Shown: positions 20,970 to 32,800 of the stretch, one piece after another | Layout: each line of letters begins with the position of its first letter | Numbering within the stretch: position 1 is the first letter of the stretch | Assembly: GCA_048213135.1 (NCBI GenBank) | Contig: PS015129.1 | Location: forward strand, 121,898 to 185,897 | Direction of reading: 5' to 3' | From: Reclinomonas americana ATCC 50394 | Lineage: Eukaryota | DNA: 64,000 nucleotides | Program-made: the position numbers and the translations under genes | The notes under the pieces: generated by a model | Seen by the model: only the letters and a program-made list of their open reading frames with translations | Told to the model about the DNA's origin: nothing | Databases searched by the model: none

Positions 20970-23571
20970 ATGTCAGGGCCAGAACGAGAACCAGAACGCA
21001 TTCCCGAGAGCGAAGAGTTGCCTGTCATGCCCCCCCTCTTACCCCCCTCTCTCTTCTTCCTCACTCACTCACTCACTCACACACAGGATGGGCGCCTGCT
21101 TCGGATGCGGTCGGTACATGCGCATGCAACAACTGCACGATCACGCCCTCGCCTGCCTCACACGCGACGAGAAGGATGCACCGGAGGCGGGCAGTTCTCG
21201 TGGCAGTGGTGGTGCGTGTCATGATCAAGCCTCTCTCTCTCTCTCTCTCTTAACTCATCCTCCGCAGAGTCACGCCGAGTGAGCATCGGCGATGTGTGGC
21301 AGCTGTACGCGCCGGTGGAGACTGCTGCTACGCCGGCAACTGCAGATGGTCGCGTCGTGATGGCCAGGGACATGCAATCGGAGAGTGTTGTCATGCTGCG
21401 CAGGTTCCTGATCGATCCCGCGGCCAAGGCGCAGCTCGTGGAGTGTGTCGAGGCGCAGCTGGAGACGTACAGACGGATCCACCCCGACGTGCATGTGCTT
21501 CCGCTGTGCTCCGTCACGCGCTCCGTGGAGAACGAGAACGAGTTGTGGGTGCGTGGTCTGTGTGTCGACGTCCTCGTTGGTCATCGACAATGATCCTAAC
21601 TGTCTGTAAAGTTGGCCTCGCCGTGTTTGCCCGAGGCCACGAGCTTGTCGGCGGAGATTGCGCGACAGCTGCAGGAGAGGACCTTGTTCTCGGTGGACAC
21701 TGTGCGCGAGATGCTGCGCCAGGTGCTGGCGGCCCTGGACAAGTTGCATCGGCGCGACTTGTATATGCGTCACTTGCATGCCGGTAGTGTGCTTTGCGCG
21801 GCTTCTGGAGACGATTGCAGGCTGGGTGAGTGGTGTGGCTGCTTGCGCATTGCACCGCAGTCCCTCATGTATGCCCGTGCAGACTTCTGGCGGTCACGGC
21901 GCCATCACCTGTACCTCAGCGACGGACCAACGCCACCAGCCAGAGATGTCGGCGAGCTGCAGTACTGGTTGTCGCCGGAGGCTGTGAATAGCCCAGGGCG
22001 AGTGGCGGATGCAGAGGAGGATGTGTGGGCATTCGGTTGGTGTTCAGCGGGGAGTGACATACATGATTGCTCCGCTGATATGCCAACACGCTGTCTACGC
22101 AGGTATCCTGGCGCTGGAGGTGGCCGATTTGCAGTCCCCGTACAGAGTTGTAGGAGACGACATGCACGACAAGGCAGTTGATGTTCGTATGCTTCCCGAC
22201 TCCACAAGAGATCGCACTGTGCTGATTGTTGTGCACAGCTGGACTGGAAAATTCTCAACCATCCCCCGCCGAAGCTGCAGCGCCGAAAGCAGTGGTTGCG
22301 TAGAGAAAGTGGAAGTAATCTACGTGAGCGCGAACTGACCCTTTTTTTGCAGGCCCAAAGACTTCTGTAATCTGCTGAAATGCTGTCTACGCAAGGAGCC
22401 TCACGAACGATGGACTATCGAGAGACTCCTCAGTCACCGATTCTTCCACCCGATCCAGGCTCCTCGCGACTTTGAACACTCTCGCCCGGTGATTAGTGAC
22501 GACGGACAGCTGGTGGCGGTGCCTGCAGACGCCCCACGGGCACTGCCGGTGCCAGCACCACGGGTAATGTTGGCGGACTACGTCGTCGTGGAGCTGGAGG
22601 ATCTCGATGCGACAGATGCCAGCGATACATCGTCTGTTCTATCCGCTGCACCAACAGCAGCTTCATCAGCGGCAGCACCACCACTCTTCATGGGCACAGA
22701 CGAGGAGCCGACGGATGCCGACGATGTGTCTTCTGGACCCATCATGGGCACAGATGAGGAGCAGATCGACGAGCCGACAGATGCGGTTGCCACCGCCGCC
22801 GTGGTGGGCGACCACTTGCAGCCATTGCCGCCCGTTCGTCTCCGCGTGATGACGTTCAACATCAAACACGGAGAGGAGTGCGACTTCAACCTGCAGAGGA
22901 TCGCGCGCTGCATTGCCGATTGTGAGGCGGATGTGGTCGCCCTCCAAGAGGTCGATGTTAACGTGCCGCGTAGCCAGATAGTGGAGCAGCCGACTCTGCT
23001 TTCCGATGCGCTGGGGAGACCTTGGCGTGGCGAATTCGTCGAGTCGATTCCTCTCGCAGGTGGCGAGTACGGCAATGCGATACTCAGTCGCCGTCCAGCC
23101 TATGGCGTTCATCGGTGGCTTTTCGACGCACGAGATCAGCGTCCAGAACCTGCTGAAACGAGAAGCGCCATCGCCATGCAGCTTACACCACCCGACAATG
23201 TCGCGCAGTTGTGGGTCGTGTGCACGCATCTGGGCTTCACGCAGGGCGCGGCGCAGTTGGACGAACTCCTCGCGCACATCCACGACACCATCCCACCCAC
23301 TGCAGCAGTGGTGCTCCTCGGCGACTTCAACACGCATCCAGCCGACGATCGCTACACCCGCATGGTGGAGGCGTGGGAGACGGCTGGTTTCCACGACATG
23401 GGGCCTCCAGACATCACATTCCCCGCTGCCGACGAGCCGCGCAAGATCGACTACGTCCTTGTGCGTGCGCCTCGTCCCTGGAGAGTCATCGGCACGACCG
23501 CGCGCCAGATCATTGACGGAGCCGGCCTGTCGGACCATCATGCGCTGTTTGTTGATGTGCAGCTCGAGTAA
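20970..23571 (+). CDS. UBZ-like Zn finger + pseudokinase + endonuclease/exonuclease/phosphatase (EEP) fusion
   Basis: CFGC...HALAC finger. Kinase-fold motifs are degenerate (VMLRR, YMRHLHAGSVL, DFW, WLSPE, DVWAFG, CLRKEPHERWTIERLLSHRFF). The kinase reads in frame into EEP motifs MTFNI, LQEVD, YGNAILSR, THL, GDFN, IDYV, SDH. Confidence 0.85.
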
Positions 23572-23599
23572 AACTGCGTGTAGTCTACGCATTATTACA

Positions 23600-26445
23600 C
23601 TATGTTTCGTCACCGGGATCACTCTCAAAGGCATCCAGTGGCGCTGTCCACCACAGGCCAGCGCCTTGTAATGACTGCAGCTTGATGCTCATGTTGCCGA
23701 CCACATGAACCTGCGCAGCAATGATGGGTGAGTGGCATCACTTGACACATTTCCAAGCACACTAAATACCGCAGTGATGCCGGCCTTCACAGCGGGCGGA
23801 AGCAGCCGCTCGGCCCGCAGTCGCGCGAATCCCATCAGAGTCGACATTTGACGCGGATCGAACCAGTCGAACCGCAGTCGCCCGAGACGTGTGTGGTAGT
23901 CCATAAGGAAGTTGACCACGTCCTGTTCTTGCCACGTCGCCCAGTGCACCTCCAGCAGATTGATCAGGTGCGCCAGGAATCGCAGCGAGTACACCGTCGG
24001 ACGGAAGTAGAAGGCGCCACCGTTGATACAAAAGTGTCGCATGTGTTCCCGACATGCCGCGTATCGCTGGGGAAAGGCAGAGAAAGGGAGATGTCACACA
24101 CAGAACGAGACCACAGCAGCCAATCTCTACAGAGACACGCACCCACTCTCCCGACACAGCCGTGCATCCCACGGGCGCCACCCTCCACGGCTCTCGCATG
24201 CGCGTCTCTGGACTCGTCAGCGTCACCTCATACGGATCGCAGTTCGAATTGCTGCACTCGGCCAGCGCCAACACATCGGCCACCGGTGGTCGAAGCTGCG
24301 GCAACATGGTGACATCTCGCATCACCGGCGCATCCACATCCAGATACAGAGACTGGTAGCCGAGGCGTACAAGCATGTACGAGTAGAGGTAGCGCACATT
24401 CACCGTCGGTCCAAAGCCGTACGGTGTCGCGCCCTTGTCACGACCCCTGCGTGATGTGCGATTAAGACATAGATAGTGAGATTCATCCTTGCTCTCTCTC
24501 TCTCACATCCCTCTGTCCCCTCTCTCCTTCTAGCTCCCTCCCTACCTGTTCCCCCTCAACCCCCACTCACCAGCCCGTTCGATCGAGATACGCGAGCACT
24601 TGCCGCTCCTTGATCACCACCGAGCGCACCAGTGACAGCGTTTCCTCGTCCAGGCACACCACCAACGGCATCGCCTGGTCGCCGTGAGCGTGCCAGAAGA
24701 GTGTCAACCAGTTGGCCAGCAGCGCACGCCACTTGTTCACCGACGAATTCTCACGAGTCAAGCGCATCACCGTGAACACCACCAGTTTGCCCTGATCAGC
24801 CGTCTGCAGGCCAAACGATGCCTGTGCAAGGTGCGCCGCGAAATCGGCCAGAGCGATAGAATCCTCTCGGAATGCACTCGACTTGAACAGCGACTGTGGC
24901 GGTGGCGCACGTGGATTGGCCACGGCGGCCGCGGCCTCTCGCAACATGGTGTCGTCGGTGAGCGAGGCCCACAGGAAGCGCTCCACTCCCTCGCACACCG
25001 TGTCGGCGATCGGCGTTGGACTAAAGTAATTCGCGTCCACGGCCACGCCGGGCGCCGGAGGCGCAGGTGCAGCCATGATACGGCCGCGCTGTGCAAAGTC
25101 GTCGCCAATGTGCGTACAGTCGCAAGAATGCGCCGCAGTCTCGGAGTCTGCGTCACACACAACACAAGGAGCGCGATCAGTTGCATGTGCAGGGTGGATC
25201 GCACGTGTTGCTCACGCACAGTCAGTAACGTAGCCGTAGTCTACGCACAACACAGCGCACAGATCGGCATCGCCGCGTGAGCTTGCAAGGAGAGAGCCAT
25301 GCGCCCACTCGGCCAGCAGCTGACGCTGTTGTTGGTGCTGCATCGGAGGCGACTTTTCTTCGCCCCGTAGGTCGTACGACGACAGTCGTGGTGCTGGTGT
25401 GCGCGTGTCTTCCGGGTGCCTCTTCAGGTGCTGGGCGAGAAGAGAGCAATGAGAGAGGAGTCAGGTGAAGCAGAACGAACAGCGCAGTGCACGCAGCAGA
25501 CCTGCATGTATGCGGTAAAGTAGTTGCGCGAGGCTACAATCTCTTCAGTGTCCTGATCGCGCGTGGCGTCAAGACAACGGGCTTCACAAATGGGACTGCT
25601 ACGTAGAACAGCATACCTGCGTGTCGATCTCCAGAGCACGTTCCAACAAATGCCGCGGATCTTGCTCACCAGGCAACCACTCGTGCACTGCACGCAAGAG
25701 TGAGGACTGCAGGTGACCGCTGTATGCACAGGATGCGCGGCACGCACCCTGCTCACGCCAAGAGCGCGAGGCATCCAACGCCAAGCGCAGCGGAGAGAGG
25801 TCACTGAGAAAGAACGTTGCCTCTGCAATGCGCGGATGTCTGTGCGGCAACGCCCGCGGATACTTGGCAGCATGCTGCCCGCAGCACGAGAGACCGAGTG
25901 AGTAAAACCACCATGAGTGTGTGTGTGTGTGAGAGAGAGAGAGCATCGCCGCACCACTGGATCGGCCACCGGAATCAGCGGCACATCAGAGAAGAGACTC
26001 ACACCGAAGCGAGCCACACGCATGCGCAGTTGCTCCGCCTGCAGACGCGAGAAATCGGCAAGTGCTTCGTCCACTGCACAGAGAGAGAGAGAGAGTGACG
26101 GTGAGAGAGACAAGAGGAAAAACGAATGTGCGTGTGCATTCCCACACCTGCATCCAACAGCGATACGTGATAGAAGCGGAATGCGACTGGCACCTCCACA
26201 GGATGGTCTGCAATCATCGGGTCGTCCACTACAGCACGAAACCCGGCAATGCCGCGCTTGAACAGTGGCTTCAGCAGCACATCGGCAAAGTCGCCAGTGT
26301 GGCTGAGGTCGTGGACTGTGTATGTGGTGACTTGCGCGTCGGAGAGGGAGGGCGTGGGAGAAAAGGCGGTGGCGTGGCAGAGGGCCAGGGTGAGGAGAAG
26401 AAGGAGAGAGATGAGGGTGCAGGCCTCTCTTCTCCAAGTCCTCAT
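23600..26445 (-). CDS. Nucleotide-diphospho-sugar transferase (GT77/Nucleotid_trans-like) with long uncharacterised N-terminal domain, copy 1
   Basis: Signal peptide MRTWRREACTLISLLLLLTLALCHA. DxD motif YLDVDA, plus INGGAFYFRPT, WQEQDVVN and HVVG. N-terminal exons splice in phase into the GT exons (VDYGYVTD|YSET). Confidence 0.8.
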
Positions 26446-26529
26446 CGCTCGACACAATATCAAAACCGAACTGCAGCAGGACTGCCCGCCCACTTGGTGT
26501 TTGGAGATAACTTGCTTCTATACTATTAA

Positions 26530-29194
26530 TCAAGCATTCTTTTCTTCGGTCGCTGTCGTGACCTCCTTGTCGTGTCGTTCAAAGTCTGCCAGTGGCGCGG
26601 TCCACCACAGTCCGCACACCTTCAGCGCCTTGAGCTTGTAGTCGGCGTTGCCGACCACATGAACCTGCGCAGCGATTATGGGTGAGTGGCATGACTCATT
26701 TTTTCTGCTTCTCCAAACACACAACATACCGCAGTGATGCCCGCCTTCACAGCGGGCGGAAGCAGCCGCTCGGCCCGCAGTCGCGCGAATCCCATCAGTG
26801 TCGACATTTGACGCGGATCGAACCAGTCGAACCGCAGTCGCCCGAGACGTGTGTGGTAGTCCATGAGGAAGTTGACCACGTCCTGTTCTTGCCACGTCGC
26901 CCAGTGCACCTCCAGCAGATTGATCAAGTGCGCCAGGAATCGCAGCGAGTACACCGTCGGACGGAAGTAGAAGGCGCCGCCGTTGATGCAAAAGTGTCGC
27001 ATGTGTTCTCGACATGCCGCATACCGCTGGAGAAAGGCAGAGGAAGGGAGACGTCACGCACAGAACGAGAACACATCAATCAATCGCCACAGACGCACGC
27101 ACCCACTGCCCCGACACAGCCGTGCATCCTACGGGCGCCACCCTCCACGGCTCTCGCATGCGCGTCTCTGGACTCGTCAGCGTGACTTCGTAGGGATCGC
27201 AGTTCGGATTGCTGCACTCGGCCAGCGCCAACACATCGGCCACCGGTGGTCGCAGCTGCGGCAACATGGTGACGTCTCGCATCACCGGCGCATCCACATC
27301 CAGATAAAGCGACTGATAGCCGAGGCGTACAAGCATGTACGAGTAGAGGTAGCGCACATTCACCGTCGGTCCAAAGCCGTACGGCGTCGCGCCCTTGTCA
27401 CGACCCCTGCGTTGTGTGCGACGAAGAGATTGAGACCCACGTGGTGAGATTCTCACACCCTTGCTCCCTTGCACTCTCTCTCCCTCTGTCCCCTTTCTCC
27501 TTCTAGTTCCCTGTTCCCCCTCAACCCCCACGCACCAGCCAGTCCGATCGAGATACGCGAGCACCTGCCGCTCCTTGGCCACCACCGAGCGCACCAGTGA
27601 CAAGGTCTCCTCGTCCAGGCACACCACCAGTGGTATCGCATCGTCGCCGTGAGCGTGCCAGAAGAGCCGCATCCAGTTGGCCAGCATCGCCTGCCACTTG
27701 TACACGGATGCGTTGCTACGCGACAGCGTCATCACCGTGAACACCACCAGCTTGCCGTGATCAGCCGTCTGCAGGCCAAACGGTGCCTGTGCAAGGTGCG
27801 CCTCGAAGTCGGCCAGGGCAGCAGAATCCTCGCGGAATGCACTCGACTTGAACAGCGACTGTGGCGGTGGCGCACGTGGATTGGCCACGGCGGCCGCGGC
27901 CTCTCGCAACATGGCGTCGTCGGTGAGCGAGGCCCACAGGAAGCGCTCCACTCCCTCGCACACCGTGTCGGCAATCGGCGTTGGACTGAAATAGCCCGTG
28001 TCGTCGACTGCTTCAAAGACCGGCAGCGCAGGCGGGGCCATGGAGTGGCCACGCTGTGTAAAGTCGTCGCCAATGTGCCTGCAGTCGCACTGCATGTCTG
28101 GTTCCGATGCGCCCTCTGGTCGACTGCGAGTCAACGAACCGGAGGAGGTAGAGGAGAACGCAGCACAACATCACCGTACCGGTTGGCAACGAGCCGTAGT
28201 CGACACACAACACATTGCAGAGCTTGGCCGCGGGACGAGCAGAGAGACTGTACATCAAATCGCGACCGTACACCCATTCCGCCAACAGGGGCTGCTGTCG
28301 TCGTGCTGGCTCGCCACCGCCGCCGTCACTATCGCTGTCGACCTGCCTGACAATGTACGAGGGGAGGCGCTCCGCAGGCACCCTCACAATCTCCGGGTGC
28401 TTTTGGAGATGCTGCGGGCATTCTTGGTGAGGCCAAGAAATGTAGGCGCTGCGCGCAAGTGATAGGCGCGCACCATCATGTACATCGCAAAGTAGTCGGA
28501 CGAAAAGAAGACCTCCTCCACGACCTGCAGTGTGCAGAGTCAGGTACCGGTGCCAGGACGGAGATGTGCGTGCAGATTACCGCACCAGGCTGTCGTGGAT
28601 CAGCATCGCCTCGAGCAAATGTTGCACATCCATGCTGCCGTCTGTCGCCGCTTTCCACTCCGCCGCTGCANNNNNNNNNNNNNNNNNNNNNNNNNNNNNN
28701 NNNNNNNNNNNNNNNNNNNNNNNNNNNNNNNNNNNNNNNNNNNNNNNNNNNNNNNNNNNNNNNNNNNNNNNNNNNNNNNNNNNNNNNNNNNNNNNNNNNN
28801 NNNNNNNNNNNNNNNNNNNNNNNNNNNNNNNNNNNNNNNNNNNNNNNNNNNNNNNNNNNNNNNNNNNNNNNNNNNNNNNNNNNNNNNNNNNNNNNNNNNN
28901 NNNNNNNNNNNNNNNNNNNNNNNNNNCGGGATCCTCAATGACCGACTTGAAGCCCTGAATTCTTCGCTGCATTATGGGCTTTAGCAGCACATCCTCAAAG
29001 CCATCATTGTTCTCGCGCTTGCTGTCGACAATGTACGTCGTGTCGGTCGTGTCGGCGAGAGTGACAGAGGGCGAGTGACTTGCTGTTGTTTCCTCTGTCG
29101 CGACGCAACACGAGAGTGCGACGGCGAGAAGCAGAGAGAGGAACAGTGGTGTGAGAGCACCGCCTGCCACTCGTCTTCTCCTCCGATCGCACAT
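26530..29194 (-). CDS. Nucleotide-diphospho-sugar transferase (GT77-like), copy 2
   Basis: Same architecture and motifs as copy 1. Signal peptide ...PLFLSLLLAVALSCCVA. Contains N-gap 28671-28926. Confidence 0.8.
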
Positions 29195-29486
29195 GAGTGA
29201 GTCGTGAAATTTTGCATGCAACGAATTTGAGGCCGCTTGTGGCCCGCTGCAGCGAGTTGCCGAGTGTTCCCTTGTGCGGGTGTGAGGGGCATGGTCTGTG
29301 AGTGCGACATTGCATGTGTACTGGAGGGCATTTCAATATATCTCACCACATTTATCGATCGAGTTCGCCAGCGCTGCGCTGCGCTTGCCTGTTTCAGTGA
29401 TGCAGAAGTATAGCAAGATGCTTGCTTGCTTGCTTGTGCTGTGGGAAACAGCCTCTGTCACCGCTTGATATTCTTTCGTGTTCGAT

Positions 29487-29504
29487 CGCGAATTCGAATT
29501 CGCG
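29487..29504. promoter_or_regulatory. Perfect 18-bp palindrome in a divergent promoter region
   Basis: CGCGAATTCGAATTCGCG lies between ATG 29194(-) and ATG 29860(+). The palindrome is certain; a regulatory role is inferred. Confidence 0.4.
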
Positions 29505-29859
29505 CTGCGCGCGCACACACAGTGCAGCGTAGTAAATCATGCTCGGGAAGAGCCTGCGATTGCACCCTTGCAGGCGATCCTCTCCTTTGTCGCTTTGCAG
29601 CATCACAGCATGCGTTTGAACCGGCAGTTGTTCTTTTCTCGACTTGGTGAAAATCGCGAATAGGCGCGAAAGCATGCAACGGTCATCTTCGTCCAGAAAA
29701 AATCGCAACACACTGTGTGTGAGAGGGTGAAGAGCCGTACCGCGAACACACACGCGCGCACATCCACGCACAGACGTCGTGCTGCAGCGCAGGGCTGTTT
29801 CCCACGTTGAGAGCAGCAGCAAGTGTGGTTGTGTGGGCGCTCGCCTCACCCGCAGACGA

Positions 29860-32800
29860 ATGCGGTTACCGAGAGCGCGCTTTGTCGCTCTCGCCATTGC
29901 TCTTGCCACCGTGGTGGTGCTCATCGAATGTGCACTGAGTACCACGTCACAACTGCAGCAGCAGGTTCCTGCTGCTTGGCCACCACGAGGTGCGCACACC
30001 TTTTCTCTCCCATTCCCACCACTCTCGCCTCCTTTCCCCACTCTCTCTCTCCCTCTCTCTCCCACGCCAAACTCACATGTTCGTGTAATCATCAGCATCA
30101 CCAGGGTGGATCATGGCCAGAACAGGACAGTCGATGCTGCTTGACGATGTCGCTGGTGACGACGATGCACATGCACCGTTCCACGTGGCTCTGGTGGGGA
30201 GATGTGGAGAGACCGAGTCCACGGCATCGGTGCAGGCGTGGCGAATGCCGCCTGCGCCCTCACTATGCGGTGCCGGCAGCAGGAAGCCCAGGTGGCGAGT
30301 GATTGTCGATGCACAGGCGCTACGCGAGAATGCTGTGTACGCAGTGTGCGATGCAAGGCGACGGCCTTTGGGCGTTTTTGGTTGCGTCTCTACGGTGGCT
30401 GGCGATGGCTGGCGCATCTCGATCACTTATCGCTGGCTCGTGCGTGTGCAGAAATCGTGTCGAGCCTGCATCTGTGTGCACTCACCGGCGTGCCGCCGAT
30501 ACGAGTTGCACAAATGGCTGCATCGCGTTCCACTGGCGACGCCTTTGTGAGCGCCCTAGATGGCCCCGTGTACGCCCTCCGAGCGGGCAGTGCGTCGACC
30601 ACCGAAGTGCGTGTGCACGGTCGGTCCCTGCGCGCCACAGGGGTGGCAGTCGACGACACATCGTCGACGGTATTCGTGAGCGAAGCCTCTGTCGGCACCG
30701 TGTGGCTGATTGAGCGGGATGGAGCAGCAGGTGCCGTCGACCACAAGACAACTCTGTTGCTCTCTGCCTCGCGTTCCTACACTCTGCTTTTGCTCATTTG
30801 TTGTCAATCCACCTGCAGCCTTTGCCTTGTACAGCGAGCAGAGTGCTCTGTCGCAGCCTTCCTTGCTGGCCTTTTCGTCGACCGGCACCCTGTTCGTGGT
30901 CGACGCGAAGGAGCACGTGGTGCACGCGATGCACTTGGTGTCGACGGGGGCAGCCCCACGGTGGACAGTGCACGGCACGGAGATTGTCCAGTTCCCACGT
31001 CCGCTGCGAAACGTGCAACAGCTTTTCCTGGAGACCACAGCCGAGGGTGCACGTGTTTTGGTGGTAATCGATGATGACGGCAGGACACAGGCATCGATTC
31101 AGTCGGCGGCGGCGGAGTCGATTGCGTGTGACGGAAGTCCACCAATGCTCCCCGCCGAGATCAGCGACGCTAGATTAGTGCTGGAGGGATCGTCGCTCGT
31201 CTTGCAGCTCGGCCCGGCACCGCAAATACGCCACAGCGAAACGCAGGAGGCGGCCAGTCGTCGCCTACTTATTCACGGAGCTCGCGACCCCTCGATGGAG
31301 TCAATTGCAGACACGATGCAGCTGCTGCCATGGAGCGTCGCCGGTGGTGCTCGAAGCCTGTCATGGCTGCTGGTCAGCTCCACTGCGACACAGCAGTTGC
31401 ATGTGCTCTCGCAGCATGGTGTGTGTTTTCCGCACGAGTCAAGCTACTATCCTCTTTTTGGCTATTGTCACTCATTCGATCTCGCTGGCAGGCCTACTGG
31501 ACATCGCTTCGCCCCCTGTTCTTGGCACTGGCGATGGTCCCCAGACGATACGATTGTCGTCGTGCGGTGCACTCCGCGGGAGCCCTACTCGAGCGGCTCT
31601 CGCGCGGGGTGCATGTCAGAGTGCGTGGACCGACACTGTCGGCGTCGTACCCGCCAAGGTAACTGCCATGCAGGAGCACACACTGGAGCTGACAGTTTAC
31701 TTGGCGGCGGCGACGGCGACCGCCGGCTCCACGTACCACGTCTGCCTAGACTGGGAGCATGAGTCTACCATCGACGTTGGCACGCTCACTGTCGGTACGC
31801 CGATGCTTCACGCACAGCTCTTGGCCGAGCCGGTGCCATTCGCTCACAGTTGTTGTTGTTCTTCTTTTTTTCTGTGTGTGACGGGCGCAGCCAACATTGT
31901 CGAAGTGAGACCAACACTCCTGGAGGTGCAGCGGCTACAGCGCCTGACAATTGTCGGTGCCGGTCTCGGCTCGCTGCAGTTTGGAGAAAAGGCCGGACAA
32001 GCGCTCACAGTGCACACGGACCACACGTGTGTCGTTCAGGCAAACACCGTCTCGTCGTCATCAGCGCGTCCACCATGGAACTTCCGCGCCCTATCATCCT
32101 CAGAGAACGATATCCAAGTCGACGCTTGGTTCTCTTCGTCGATGCTCGGCTGGGACGGCAGCATCCGCCGCAGTCGCCGCTTTGCGCTCTGTTTGAGATG
32201 GGGTGCACGGTCGGACTCGTACACGTTTGTCGGCATGATTGACCTCGGTTTGCATGCACAGTCTCTCTCTCGCCGATGCTGATGCCAGTCGGTTGCTCAT
32301 GTCTGCGAGTCTCGCAGTGTCGACCTTGGCGCATGTTGCATCGGTGGCGCCTTCAGTGGTGGCCCCGTTATCATCGCAGCCACTGCTCTTGTCGGGCACA
32401 CACTTGCCAGATCTGTCGCGCGATTCACAAGCGCTGTGGATCACAGCAGGAGTGTGTCATCCGTCTCTGGCGCTGCCTCTGCCGGGCTCGTCACTGACGG
32501 TGGCCTCGTATCTGGGCGAGGAGCGGGTGATCCTGCGACTCGATTTGCCCCCGGGAGTCCGCGAGGGTGCCTATGAACTGTGCGCGAGACTCGGAGGCCC
32601 TGCGGACGATTACAAGTGGGTCTCCACTGTGCTCGTTGGTGCGTGTGTATCAATCCGACTGCTTGGTGGCGAACATGCGACTTAACTGCTTGTTGGTGTT
32701 TTTTTCTTCTTGGTAGCCACGTATCACACATGTTCCGTCGTTGGAGCAGAGCAGCCAGTTCGAGTTCCACTCGCCAGTGTCTCTGCTGTGCACCAGACTC

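Noticed and set aside
22380-23571. EEP domain as a LINE retrotransposon endonuclease
   Set aside because: No reverse transcriptase follows. It ends at a stop 28 bp from the next gene and has standalone bacterial-type EEP motifs.
25222-26445. Separate companion gene upstream of each glycosyltransferase
   Set aside because: The exons splice in phase into the GT exons, and the only signal peptide is at the far N-terminus.
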